Below, one piece after another: positions 55,596-64,000 of a DNA stretch of 64,000 nucleotides. Numbering within the stretch: position 1 is the first letter of the stretch; the number at the start of each line of letters is the position of its first letter. The DNA comes from Eledone cirrhosa. Taxonomy: Eukaryota. Below the pieces are notes generated by a model that saw nothing but the letters and a program-made list of their open reading frames with translations, had not been told where the DNA came from and searched no databases. Position numbers and translations under genes: made by a program. The stretch is from positions 321,036,001-321,100,000 of the forward strand of contig OZ024740.1 of NCBI GenBank assembly GCA_964016885.1, given 5' to 3'.

Positions 55596-57410
55596 GCAAA
55601 AGTTTTATTTAAAATTGTTGGGTTACAACGAGTAAATATTTTATAACTGATATAAAAGCACTCAACAGTTTTTGGAGTAGGTTTACGATATTAAACAAAT
55701 GGAAACTATATTTATAAAACCATATTTATTTCGTTATATATATTTCTGGGATATCATATTAAAAATATGGTATGCCTTCCTCAGACAAAATACAATATAT
55801 AAGCTGTTCTATAAATAATTTTGACATACCTTAGAATAATACAACTTCCATTTAAAAATCAACTTTTTAAATGGAAGTTGTATTATTCTAAGGTATGTCA
55901 AAAGTATTTATAGAACAGCTTATATATTGTATTTTGTCTGAGGAAGGCATACCATATTTTTAATATGATATCCCAGAAATATATATAACGAAATAAATAT
56001 GGTTTTATAAATATAGTTTCCATTTGTTTAATATCGTATATATATATATATATTACTGTCAGTACTGATACAAAATCATGTCAACTGTTGACTTTTCCAG
56101 TTCAGTTTTTATATAATAATTGTTTGCTTTACAGCAAAGAGCAACGGCTCTCAACTCTCCTGGCCTAAAAACAAGGCACCAGCAATGCGCTGGGACAATC
56201 GCTGCCCCGTGCCAAGAACAGAATAGTTATTTAGTATTATAGTTGTTTTAAGACCTGATCGCTGGTGATGGTGGTGGTGGATGGTGTTAGTGATGATGGT
56301 GTCAGTTGTTGTTGCTGTTCATTTCACTGATGCTGCTGCTGCTGCTGCAGACAATGGTGTTGTCGCAGTCGCTGGGTTGAAATTTTGAAATTTGTTCACT
56401 TCGCGTGTGATATATATATATATATATTTACATACACACAGACAGACAATGGTGTTGTTGCTGTGTTGAAATCTGGTCGCATCAACTGAGATATATATAT
56501 TTATATACACACACATTCAACAAAGGAGTTTGTCAACAGGTCAGACATCTTAGAGTAGATAGGGTAATGACTTATGTGGTGGTGGTGGGGAGCGAGTGTA
56601 GACGTTATTGTGGTGGCAGGGGGCAGTGAGATGTATCAAGTTCATAGTTCACTTGTCTCTTTTCAAAATTTGAATTTATGGCCATTTTGCAATGGGGGAC
56701 AAGTAAGCGTAAAATGTAAAATTTAAATAGAGATTGCTCTGGAAAAATATATGGAATATTTCTATAGCTTCCACAGAACATTTTCCCCGAGTCCAATGAG
56801 CAAACATTTTTTGTTGCATTTTGATGTTTCAGAATACGAAAATTAATAAAAACTCCCTTATATATATGCACTTAATTTATAAGAACATTTCTACCTGTAA
56901 TTTAGAAATAAAAGGTCTTAGTTCAAATCTAACTGGGCAGCATGTTTATATTTAAGAATATGGCATGTGGAGGTGATAACCTGGAATATTATAAACTTTA
57001 TTTCATTGTAATTCCGGGGAAGGGGACCCCCCCTGGGGTAAGGAGTCTTGAAATTATCACTGATTTCTTCTTTATTTCCAAAGATGAACATCACAAAAGA
57101 AGAGTGTAATTTGGAACTTGAAGATTGGGAAAACATTGCAATTGGAGAGATGAAGAATTCCGAAATGGACAATGTGACAGATATGTTAAGTGGTCTACAG
57201 GTGAATCAAAAGAAAGACAGCGATGATGACAGTACAGAGAATGATGATGATAGTAGTGATGACGCCAGCACTGAGAGTGATGCTAGTAGTGATGACAGCA
57301 GTGACTCCCATACCGACATGAAAACTCCACTGGAACAGAATAAAAGAGCCATTGCTGATAGCAGTGACTCTCATACAGACATAAAGACTCCTCTGGAACA
57401 AGTCTCATAA
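36011..57410 (+). CDS. SHQ1: Protein SHQ1 homolog (H/ACA RNP assembly factor), 14 coding exons, 510 aa
   Basis: Phase-compatible GT-AG exons totalling 1533 nt. Recognisable SHQ1 motifs: [78 protein letters not shown]. Confidence 0.93.
36168..36375. mobile_element. piggyBac-like (TTAA-flanked) MITE; relatives at ~45628-45850, 58818-59003, 60121-60321 and 61050-61258
   Basis: TTAA|CCC...TAAATGCTAAAGGG|TTAA termini with a shared ~210-bp body. Confidence 0.65.
37201..37268 (+). CDS. SHQ1: SHQ1 coding exon 2 ([23 protein letters not shown])
   Basis: ttcttcag| acceptor and |gtaagt donor, phase 0 to 2. Confidence 0.92.
37365..37480 (+). repeat. 21-bp (CAT-derived) tandem repeat
   Basis: tatcaccatcatcatcactac repeated about 5 times. 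Confidence 0.9.
37649..37707 (+). CDS. SHQ1: SHQ1 coding exon 3 ([19 protein letters not shown])
   Basis: ttttccag| and |gtaatg, phase 2 to 1. Confidence 0.9.
38925..39053 (+). CDS. SHQ1: SHQ1 coding exon 4 ([26 protein letters not shown]...)
   Basis: cgccag| and |gtaagc, phase 1 to 1. Confidence 0.92.
39070..40155 (+). mobile_element. Degraded RTE LINE pieces interrupted by a SINE
   Basis: DEWLVR.., SLLLFIIV and YDA.V..AMLYGS remnants, with the RTE-type 3' end catgcaagcatggaaaa. Confidence 0.7.
40607..40782 (+). CDS. SHQ1: SHQ1 coding exon 5 (...EEFNWYFEQ...[16 protein letters not shown])
   Basis: gttcag| and |gtaagt, phase 1 to 0. Confidence 0.92.
41725..41834 (+). CDS. SHQ1: SHQ1 coding exon 6 ([12 protein letters not shown]...FDPDHY)
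   Basis: ttgcag| and |gtaagt, phase 0 to 2. Confidence 0.92.
42160..42251 (+). CDS. SHQ1: SHQ1 coding exon 7 ([20 protein letters not shown]...)
   Basis: ttgtag| and |gtgagc, phase 2 to 1. Confidence 0.9.
43460..43652 (-). mobile_element. tRNA-derived SINE (GCCTTTCATCCTTACGGGGTCGATAAA family), representative full copy
   Basis: B box GAGTTCAAATCC, a conserved central motif and an AT-rich tail. More than 12 relatives, e.g. ~7765, 11875, 13900, 14027, 17100, 20580, 26580, 30315, 42722, 46985, 52255, 59895. Confidence 0.8.
43693..43746 (+). CDS. SHQ1: SHQ1 coding exon 8 ([18 protein letters not shown])
   Basis: ttttag| acceptor and a U12-type donor |GTATCCTT, phase 1 to 1. Confidence 0.88.
43747..45459 (+). 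other. U12-type (minor spliceosome) GT-AG intron of SHQ1
   Basis: 5' site GTATCCTT. Branch-like TTCCTTAT at 45442-45449 close to the CAG. No long polypyrimidine tract. Confidence 0.8.
44356..44637 (+). mobile_element. tRNA-derived SINE with a V-domain-like core
   Basis: GGAGGCACGTGGCCTAGTGG head, GCGATGGACTGGCGCCCTGTCCAG...GTCGCTTCA...GAAACCGG, and a short (gacttta) tail. Confidence 0.7.
45460..45563 (+). CDS. SHQ1: SHQ1 coding exon 9 ([35 protein letters not shown])
   Basis: cttcag| and |gtaagt, phase 1 to 0. Confidence 0.93.
46905..46958 (+). CDS. SHQ1: SHQ1 coding exon 10 ([18 protein letters not shown])
   Basis: tttcag| and |gtaagt, phase 0 to 0. Confidence 0.93.
48326..48449 (+). CDS. 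SHQ1: SHQ1 coding exon 11 ([25 protein letters not shown]...)
   Basis: ttccag| and |gtaagt, phase 0 to 1. Confidence 0.93.
48663..48734 (+). pseudogene. tRNA-like cloverleaf (pseudo-tRNA or SINE head)
   Basis: 72 nt folding into acceptor, D, anticodon and T arms (GGTTCGACTCC). Anticodon position GGA, but C33, T37 and several G-U pairs argue against a functional tRNA. Confidence 0.55.
49035..49265 (+). repeat. Degenerate 5-bp-based tandem repeat (gctta / ctctgtccagc)
   Basis: Directly visible. Confidence 0.8.
49352..49850 (-). mobile_element. RTE-related SINE/non-autonomous element, second copy
   Basis: Colinear with 6517-6990. Confidence 0.75.
50338..50762 (+). repeat. ~52-bp minisatellite (about 8 units)
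   Basis: gatgtctgtattattagtcaacactatcagactgcctgtattatcggatct. A further unit lies at ~49290-49345. Confidence 0.9.
50913..51033 (+). CDS. SHQ1: SHQ1 coding exon 12 ([12 protein letters not shown]...[17 protein letters not shown])
   Basis: gtttag| and |gtaagt, phase 1 to 2. Confidence 0.94.
51668..51707 (+). CDS. SHQ1: SHQ1 coding exon 13 ([13 protein letters not shown])
   Basis: tttttccccag| and |gtaaat, phase 2 to 0. Confidence 0.88.
52811..55260 (-). mobile_element. RTE-clade LINE, 5'-truncated and frameshifted (APE C-terminus, RT, (GAT)n tail)
   Basis: [42 protein letters not shown], a Cys-rich insert CSIC..C..C..WVHK.C, and [18 protein letters not shown]. Confidence 0.92.
55727..55792 (-). 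ncRNA. Hammerhead ribozyme motif (left palindrome arm, mirror copy)
   Basis: Reverse-complement copy of 55930-55995. Confidence 0.6.
55930..55995 (+). ncRNA. Hammerhead ribozyme motif (right palindrome arm)
   Basis: tattttgt-CTGAGGA-[aggcataccatatt ttt aatatgatatccca]-GAAA-tatataTA-acgaaata. 8-bp stem I, long imperfect stem II, palindromic stem III. Confidence 0.6.
57084..57410 (+). CDS. SHQ1: SHQ1 coding exon 14 (terminal; LELEDWE and an acidic D/S-rich tail)
   Basis: tttccaaag| acceptor, phase 0, stop TAA at 57408-57410. Confidence 0.88.
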   Translation: MNITKEECNLELEDWENIAIGEMKNSEMDNVTDMLSGLQVNQKKDSDDDSTENDDDSSDDASTESDASSDDSSDSHTDMKTPLEQNKRAIADSSDSHTDIKTPLEQVS

Positions 57411-57929
57411 CAACAATGACTCCTGTAGAGTCACAACATCCTTGACACAGTCTCACAAACAATTAATTACAATTGAATAGAAACATTTAATTGTCCTTAG
57501 AAAATATAATATATACATTAGCTAAAATGATATGACACAGGTCCAATATACATGTTTCAAGGATCTGGTGATTTTGTTGGAGTAAGGGAGAGGACAGACA
57601 GCGAGTAATTCATTCTTTAATCACTTCCAAGACTTCATTCAAAACATTTATGTTGACATTTCCTTCAAAAGCTTCGTTCATGAGTGCCATACTGATCTAA
57701 AAATAGGAAAAGTCAAGACATTAATATACGACATTATCACAAAATAATTGATGTCAATGTAGTTATACAATACATTATGGAGATTTATCAAGACAAATTG
57801 ACATCCTATTTTTTAAACTCATTCTTTCATCTTGTCGATCTTAGTTGAAGACTTCATAGTTACTGTATGTGTGTGTATATATAGGTTTTAAGTATCGTGT
57901 TTTTGTAGTCAACTCTCAGCATTTGTATT

Positions 57930-59545
57930 GCTGGATAGTGTATGTACAAAGATAAAGCAACTTTCCAAATAGAATTGATTATCTGGTTGATTTCCTGGTA
58001 TGATTAATTAATCCAGTACAAGTATTCCATGAAGTTATAAATAGACAAGGTTGTAAAAAAACACAAAACTCTGAGGCATATATGTTTGTGCTCATCAATT
58101 CATTAATTATTGACATGTGTTTCAGTGCATTACATAATAGCCTATGGAATCTGGATTATTACATACTGCCATACATCTTTTGAGAGAAGTTCTAAAGATT
58201 AATGATTTCAAACCCAGGAAACGAGTTTTAAACAAGCTTATATAGAGATACATTCACACAGACATACTTACATACACTAAATTTGGAATTCACAGATCAT
58301 GGTGGTATTCATAGAGATGACGCTTTTCTACTGGTCAAAAAACGGACAACTCAAATTAATAAAGATCCTTCTTTAAAAACATGGGCCTAAAAATTTCTTT
58401 AGAACATAACTACATGGTCGACATCGTCCGGTCTATTCAAACCAAACCAAACCTATGTTGATAAAACTCTAACCACCCATGGTCCATTATCAACATTATT
58501 ATAAAAGGTGTATCTCTAAGGATCTCAATGAACTACTATAACGAAGCACTAGACAGGGCCAGATTCAATAGTAAGATCAAATTTATCCCGGATGCACATG
58601 AAGTACACATCACTCTGGAAAACATTTAAACCTAAGATTAAGAAAAAAACTCATACCAATACAAACAACACCGGAGTATAAGACGCATGATAACAACAGT
58701 TAAAATCCTTTAACAGTGCCTTACTGAAAAGTTCTCACTCCAAAACATATCTCTGGTATAACACTCCATACCAGCACCTAGGTCGTAATGAAAATCTCTA
58801 ACCAATTCTTTAGATTACCTTTTAGCATATACATTACTCTATAAATACTATGATATTTACGGTAAAGGCTTTTAACTCATATAATATTGAATCTATGAGA
58901 TTTTGAGAACAATACCTTAACATCAGTATGAGTGGCCAGTTATAGCCGGTTTGAACAGAAACAGGTGAGAGAATTCTGGCAGGATATGGCCAGTTCAAAT
59001 GGTTAATAGATAAAAGCTTTCCTTCCATTGACACCATAAGATCCTGAATAGGTGAACCATTAGGTCTCCCTTTTCAACTATACGGAACTTGAGAATTGTA
59101 TTACTAGGTAGAGTGCTTACAGCTGTGTACCATGGAGAAGTTTCCCCACACATCATCATCTAAGGGCATCCCAATACTGGACAATGGCACATACCTGAAA
59201 CTGATCGTACAATCTCTGTCATCAAATGGATGCAGTAGCAAAAACCGGAGATTACCATACACGTGATCAGAACCGTATGAGGATGAGGGAAAACTTCAGA
59301 TCCCAGAAAAATACTCCATACAACGTGCACGTGGAGGAAGTCGAAGGAATACTAAACAACATGATTAAAAACCTTAAATTCAAACCACACTCCACATCTG
59401 AAGGAGTTGGATGATTTGACATTCCACAGGAATAATTGTGCCTGCTGACAAGACAGGGAACATTTACTCTATGGATTACCAGACTTATATTAAGTGCTTA
59501 AGACAAAGAGATCCATAAGCACTATAAATTCACCAATTGCAGCAA
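57930..59545 (+). mobile_element. Penelope-like element remnants (two degraded pieces split by a MITE)
   Basis: HGGIHRDDAFL (~58298), YVDKNSNHP..II..I.KGVSLRIS..YNEAL (~58453) and IIVPADKTGNIY (~59431) resemble PLE reverse transcriptase motifs. Boundaries approximate. Confidence 0.7.
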
Positions 59546-59559
59546 CCTAACAACAACCC

Positions 59560-59880
59560 TGGGCACCTTTTTGAATTCTATGTCTAACACATGTCGACAA
59601 GCTTACAAAATCAGAAAAAAGTACAGCTTCCATGACATTCAGAAACATTTTTTCACCATCAGAGTTGCTGAAGCATGGAGCAAACTACCTGCATCAGTTG
59701 TTAGCTGTCGGGACACTGCATCCTTCAAAACTTCCATGCTTCCCGAAATTCGCCACTACATCTGATATCCCCCTCTACACTCAAGCACGCATGTGTGTGT
59801 TTAAGTATTATGACTCACACTGTTCACTATCCTGGTTTTTGTACATTATTCTTTATACTATACATACACATTTAACGAGT
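59560..59880 (+). mobile_element. CR1/L2-group LINE 3' end
   Basis: KHFFTIRVAEAWSKLPASVVS...SFK C-terminal motif. Confidence 0.7.
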
Positions 59881-60434
59881 TACAACCCTTTACAATCTGA
59901 GTTCAAACCCTGCCGAGGTTAACTTTGCCTTTCATCCTTATGGGCTCGATATAATCAACTTTCCCTTCCCCAAAAATTGCCGGCCTTGTGCCTAAATCAG
60001 AAACCTTTATTATTATCGTTATTCTGATGAGCAGATTGGGCTGGAGTCAGGTCCATAGCATTTACATAGATCCTGAGCCACCCATCTGTGAAACTGTTAT
60101 AACTGTATAACCAATAAAGACCTTTAGCATTTATATTACTCTATACTATTGTATTTTTGCAGTAAAAGTTTTATCTCACACAATATTGAATCTATGAGAT
60201 TTTTATACCATTTATTGAGAACAATACCTTAACATCAGCATGAGTGGCTGGTTACAGCCAGTTTGAATAGAAAGAGGCGAGAGAATTTTGGTTGGAAACA
60301 GCTGGTTTAAATGCTAAAGGGTTAATGTGAAACTAAAACTTTGTTTTGTTTTTAATAAATAAACTCTGCCACAGCATAGTGTTAACATTGGTATCTTCCT
60401 CAGTACCCACGAATCTACTGAACCACTTATTATA

Positions 60435-60591
60435 CACGTAAAATTCGTTTATAACGAACTTTTTTTCAATCACCAAGGTAATAACAAACAAATGCTCAAT
60501 TTGTTCTGGTCGATCTCATTATAAAGAATTTTTCATTACAACAAATTTCTTTTTTATACCCTGTGAATTTCGCTATAACGGAATTTTACTG
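60435..60591. mobile_element. pogo/Tigger-like MITE
   Basis: ta|CACGTAAAATTCGTTTATAACGAA ... TTCGCTATAACGGAATTTTACTG imperfect TIRs. Confidence 0.55.
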
Positions 60592-61974
60592 TGTGTCTAT
60601 ATATATATATACACACATGTACTTGTAAAAGGTAATTAACACACCAATATTTTACTTACTCGTTCTTTAATTTTGTCCATCTTAGAAGAAAATTCCGCAG
60701 AAACTGGACTTCCTGCCAACGACATCAATCTTTCATTTTGTCTGGGCTGGCGATCAAATGGAGTCATTGGCAACCTGAGAAAGAATATCAATATGGTGGT
60801 GTTAAGAAGTGGTTTAGTCTTAGAATGTGTAAACCTATCCAACCCATGGAACATGGATATAAAAACTAATATTAATGGCTTAGCAGTCAATAATTTTTAC
60901 AGGTATTTTAATTTCACATAAGATGGGGGTTAAAGTATTCAACTTAGTTCCATCTTTAACAGTGACAACTGTGTCATTAGATCATGTGACATCATCAGAT
61001 CAAATTCTATTTATAGTACTAACAGAAGAGAACCATCATCATTGTTAAACCCTTTAGCATTTACATTTCTCTAAATATACTATTGTATTTTCACGGTAAA
61101 GGCTTTATCTCACATAATATCGAATCTATGAAACTGATTTTGATATTTATTTTGAGAACAATACCTTAACATCAGTACGAGTGGCTAATTACAGCCAGTT
61201 TGAACAGAAAGCTGTGAGAGAATTCTGGACGGATACGGCTGGTTTAAATGCTGAAGTGTTAACATCTGTTTTTCCTGCTAGTAAATGTTGGACATGTTGT
61301 TACAGACTAGTCAGTATTTAAGCAGAGCTTCTGACCTCCAAGTGAACCAGGTGACCAACATACAATCCAGCACTCTACTGTGTGTATTTTATTGTGGCAC
61401 GAACACTAAGGAGATTGTTATGTCTATGACACAGCAAAGGACCCCCCCCCCCGAACCTATGTCTGACAAGTTTTCTAAGGTTGGACACACTTCGTTTCAC
61501 TAACCACTTTATAGAGGATACTGGGTGCAATATTTATGTAATTGATCAATATTAACCCTCTTGGCAACATAAGTCACAGATAGAGTAATCTCCCCTTAAT
61601 ACATACAGGGAAGCAATTCTTAAATTTAGCAGACTAAAGGTTAAAGGGGTTTGTGTCTGACACAACTAAGAGTCCTCTTGATCATTTTGCCATTTCTACA
61701 GTAGGATGCCCATCTTATTGCCAACCACTTTACTAGGGGCATTTATTGTGACACCGTTACTAGAGATGGAGATGAGGTATTGCCACATATGGTGGATATA
61801 AGATCAATATAAAAAAGTAGTGTTACTGACCTGGGATCAAATTTTGGAGTAATAGCAGGAGTCATCAAAAACTTAGAAGGCCAATTCATGGAAGGTGTTT
61901 GGTATCTATAGAATAGCGAAACAATGTTTAGTGTGATAACTAAATAAATATAATTAGAAATTAAGAAAAGTAAC

Positions 61975-62778
61975 AGAAGACAGTTGAGAGAGAACACACC
62001 TGAGAATTCCTTTATAACAGAGAGAGAGAGGACAGCCGAGATATCCTTTATATAAGAGTGGACAGTTGAGAGTTCCTTTATAATAGGAGAGAGAGAGAAT
62101 ACCTGAGAGTTCCTTTATATCAGAGAGAGAGGACAGCTGAGTTTTCCTTTATAACAGAGAGAGGACAGCTGAGAGTTCCTCTATAACACAGAGACAGACA
62201 GTTGAGAGATCCTTTATATCAGAGAGAGAGGGCAGCTGAGAGTTCCTTTATAACAGAGAGAGGACAGTTGAGAGTTCCTCTATAACACAGAAACAGCCAG
62301 TTGAGAGATCCTTTATAACATAGAGATGACAGCTGGAAGTTCCTTTATAACAGAAAGAGAGGACAGCTGAGAGTTCCTCTATAACAGAGAGGACAGTTGA
62401 GAGTTCCTCTATAACAGAGAGAGAGGACAGCTGAGAGTTGCTCTATAACAGAGAGAGGACAGTTGAGAGTTCCTCTATAACACAGAGACAGACAGTTGAG
62501 AGATCCTTTATATCAGAGAGAGAGAGGGCAGCTGAGAGTTCCTTTATAACAGAGAGAGGACAGCTGAGAGTTCCTTTATAACAGAGAGAGGACAGTTGAG
62601 AGTTCCTCTATAACACAGAAACAGCCAGTTGAGAGATCCTTTAATGACAGCTGGAAGTTCCTTTATAACAGAGAGAGAGGACAGCTGAGAGTTGCTTTAT
62701 AACAGAGAGAGAGGACAGCTGAGAGTTGCTCTATAACATAGAGAGAGGACAGCTGAGAGTTCCTCTATATCAGAGGAT
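61975..62778 (+). repeat. ~31-35-bp minisatellite (more than 20 units)
   Basis: gttcctttataacagagagaggacagctgaga repeated, with variable (ga)n. Confidence 0.95.
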
Positions 62779-63304
62779 AAACAAGACCAAGAAAGACATG
62801 AAACAAAGTAGTGAAGACTGTGCTAAAGTGAAGAGATGGAAAATATACGAAATATATTGTGATAGAGTACACAGAACAATAATGAAATATTATAACTGGA
62901 TGTCTGTGGTTAAAGTCATATTTTAACATCATTTCTAATAAGAAATTGAAATACTTGTTAATGGAAAGGAAACTTACTTTTCGTTTGAAATAAGCTGTTT
63001 GCTGGATCTCTGATAATGAAAAAATATATAATAATCAACCATAAAATATTTGAATCAAATAAATTATATTAAAGTGGTTGTATTTGTCATGCTGTGGAAA
63101 GGGGACAGCAAGAGTGTATGTTGTAGAGAGAGAGAGAGGTGCCAAATTGTTTTTTTTTTTAAACTTACACAGAAAATATCTATTCTCAAATAATAAAATA
63201 TTCCATTTTGGTAGTTTGTCTTCTTCGTCAATTACTACTGAGAGGGTCGTGGGGCAGAGCCCTCAAACAATCCTTCCAGCGGGTCCTGTCAGAAGCAACC
63301 TTCT

Positions 63305-63460
63305 CCACACAGAGACATCCAAAAATATACATGGTGTAAGGGCAATAAGGGACAGAGATCAATAATTGATTTTGTTATTGTCTCTGATCTTTGATTCTGT
63401 TCTGGATGTTCGTGTTAAGAGAAGGGCTGAGCTGTCAACTGATTACCATCTCGTTATCTG
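63305..63460 (+). mobile_element. LINE APE endonuclease fragment (RTE-like)
   Basis: HRDIQKYTW...QRSIIDFVIVS...DVRVKRRAELSTDYHLVI. Confidence 0.75.
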
Positions 63461-63819
63461 GTAGTTTGTGAAATTTATTTGATTTACTTTGTTCATTTAT
63501 GTATCTAATTTAGTACTGTACATATTATTTTCATGTGTGTGTGTATGTGTGTATATGTATGTTTTATATACGTAATCAAGTACTTTGTATATTATTTGAG
63601 TGTGTGTGTGTGTGTTTATTTACGAACTAAAGATACAGTAACACAAAGTCTTATTAATTTCAAGCTTGTTGAAAAAGGAAAAAATGTCCTTCATCAGGAA
63701 AGAGGAGGTTGGGAGGGAAAAAGTCTTAGGTACACTGTATCCCTGCATGTTGTAAGAAGCAACTAAAGGGGTTGGCATCAATAAGAACATCTAGCTATAA
63801 AATATCCCATCAATGTGCG

Positions 63820-64000
63820 CGAAAGGCGAAGCATAAACAAACTAAGAGGGAGACTAAGCATAAAAGGTATCAAATGTTATGTTCTAGAGAGGAGATTGTG
63901 TTGGTATGGACATGTGATGCATATGAAGGACGACAGCTGTATAAAAAGGTGCAGGGCAATGAAAATTGATGGAAGCTGCGGAGTGGGTGGACCAAGAAAA
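63820..64000 (+). mobile_element. RTE LINE 3' fragment running off the window
   Basis: ERRLCWYGHVMHMKDDSCIKRC...GRPRK motif. Confidence 0.7.

Larger units (their letters stand above)
55684..56038. repeat. Large palindrome: 175-bp arms, 5-nt spacer, 1 mismatch
   Basis: 55684-55858 is the reverse complement of 55864-56038. Confidence 0.93.

Noticed and set aside
56130-56225. GC-rich hairpins followed by ACA in a SHQ1 intron (possible H/ACA snoRNA)
   Set aside because: I could not build a convincing two-hairpin structure with an H box and pseudouridylation pockets. A snoRNA covariance search is needed.
61975-62778. Regular ~32-bp repeats superficially like a CRISPR array
   Set aside because: No unique spacers, no cas genes, eukaryotic context. 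It is a minisatellite.

Overview
This is AT-rich, repeat-dense animal genomic DNA. The (TA)n/(CAT)n microsatellites, tRNA-derived SINEs, RTE LINEs and long introns look molluscan, probably octopus; that assignment is inference. I reconstructed one complete spliced gene on the + strand: SHQ1, an H/ACA snoRNP assembly factor, with 14 coding exons at 36011-57410 (1533 nt, 510 aa). One of its introns (43747-45459) has U12-type splice signals. A second, unidentified gene lies head-to-head on the - strand, with its first coding exon at 28682-28284. The rest is mostly mobile-element debris: DD37D (maT) transposons, three non-autonomous Helitron-like families, hAT-, mariner-, pogo- and piggyBac-like MITEs, RTE, CR1, CRE and Penelope retroelement remnants, SINEs and minisatellites. 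The most interesting signal is a set of minimal type-I hammerhead ribozyme motifs (best at 5813, 12203 and both arms of a 175-bp-arm palindrome at 55684-56038) plus several long fold-back elements set in (TA)n tracts. Together these suggest non-autonomous Penelope/retrozyme-like elements. Repeat boundaries marked approximate were judged by eye, and no database search was possible.
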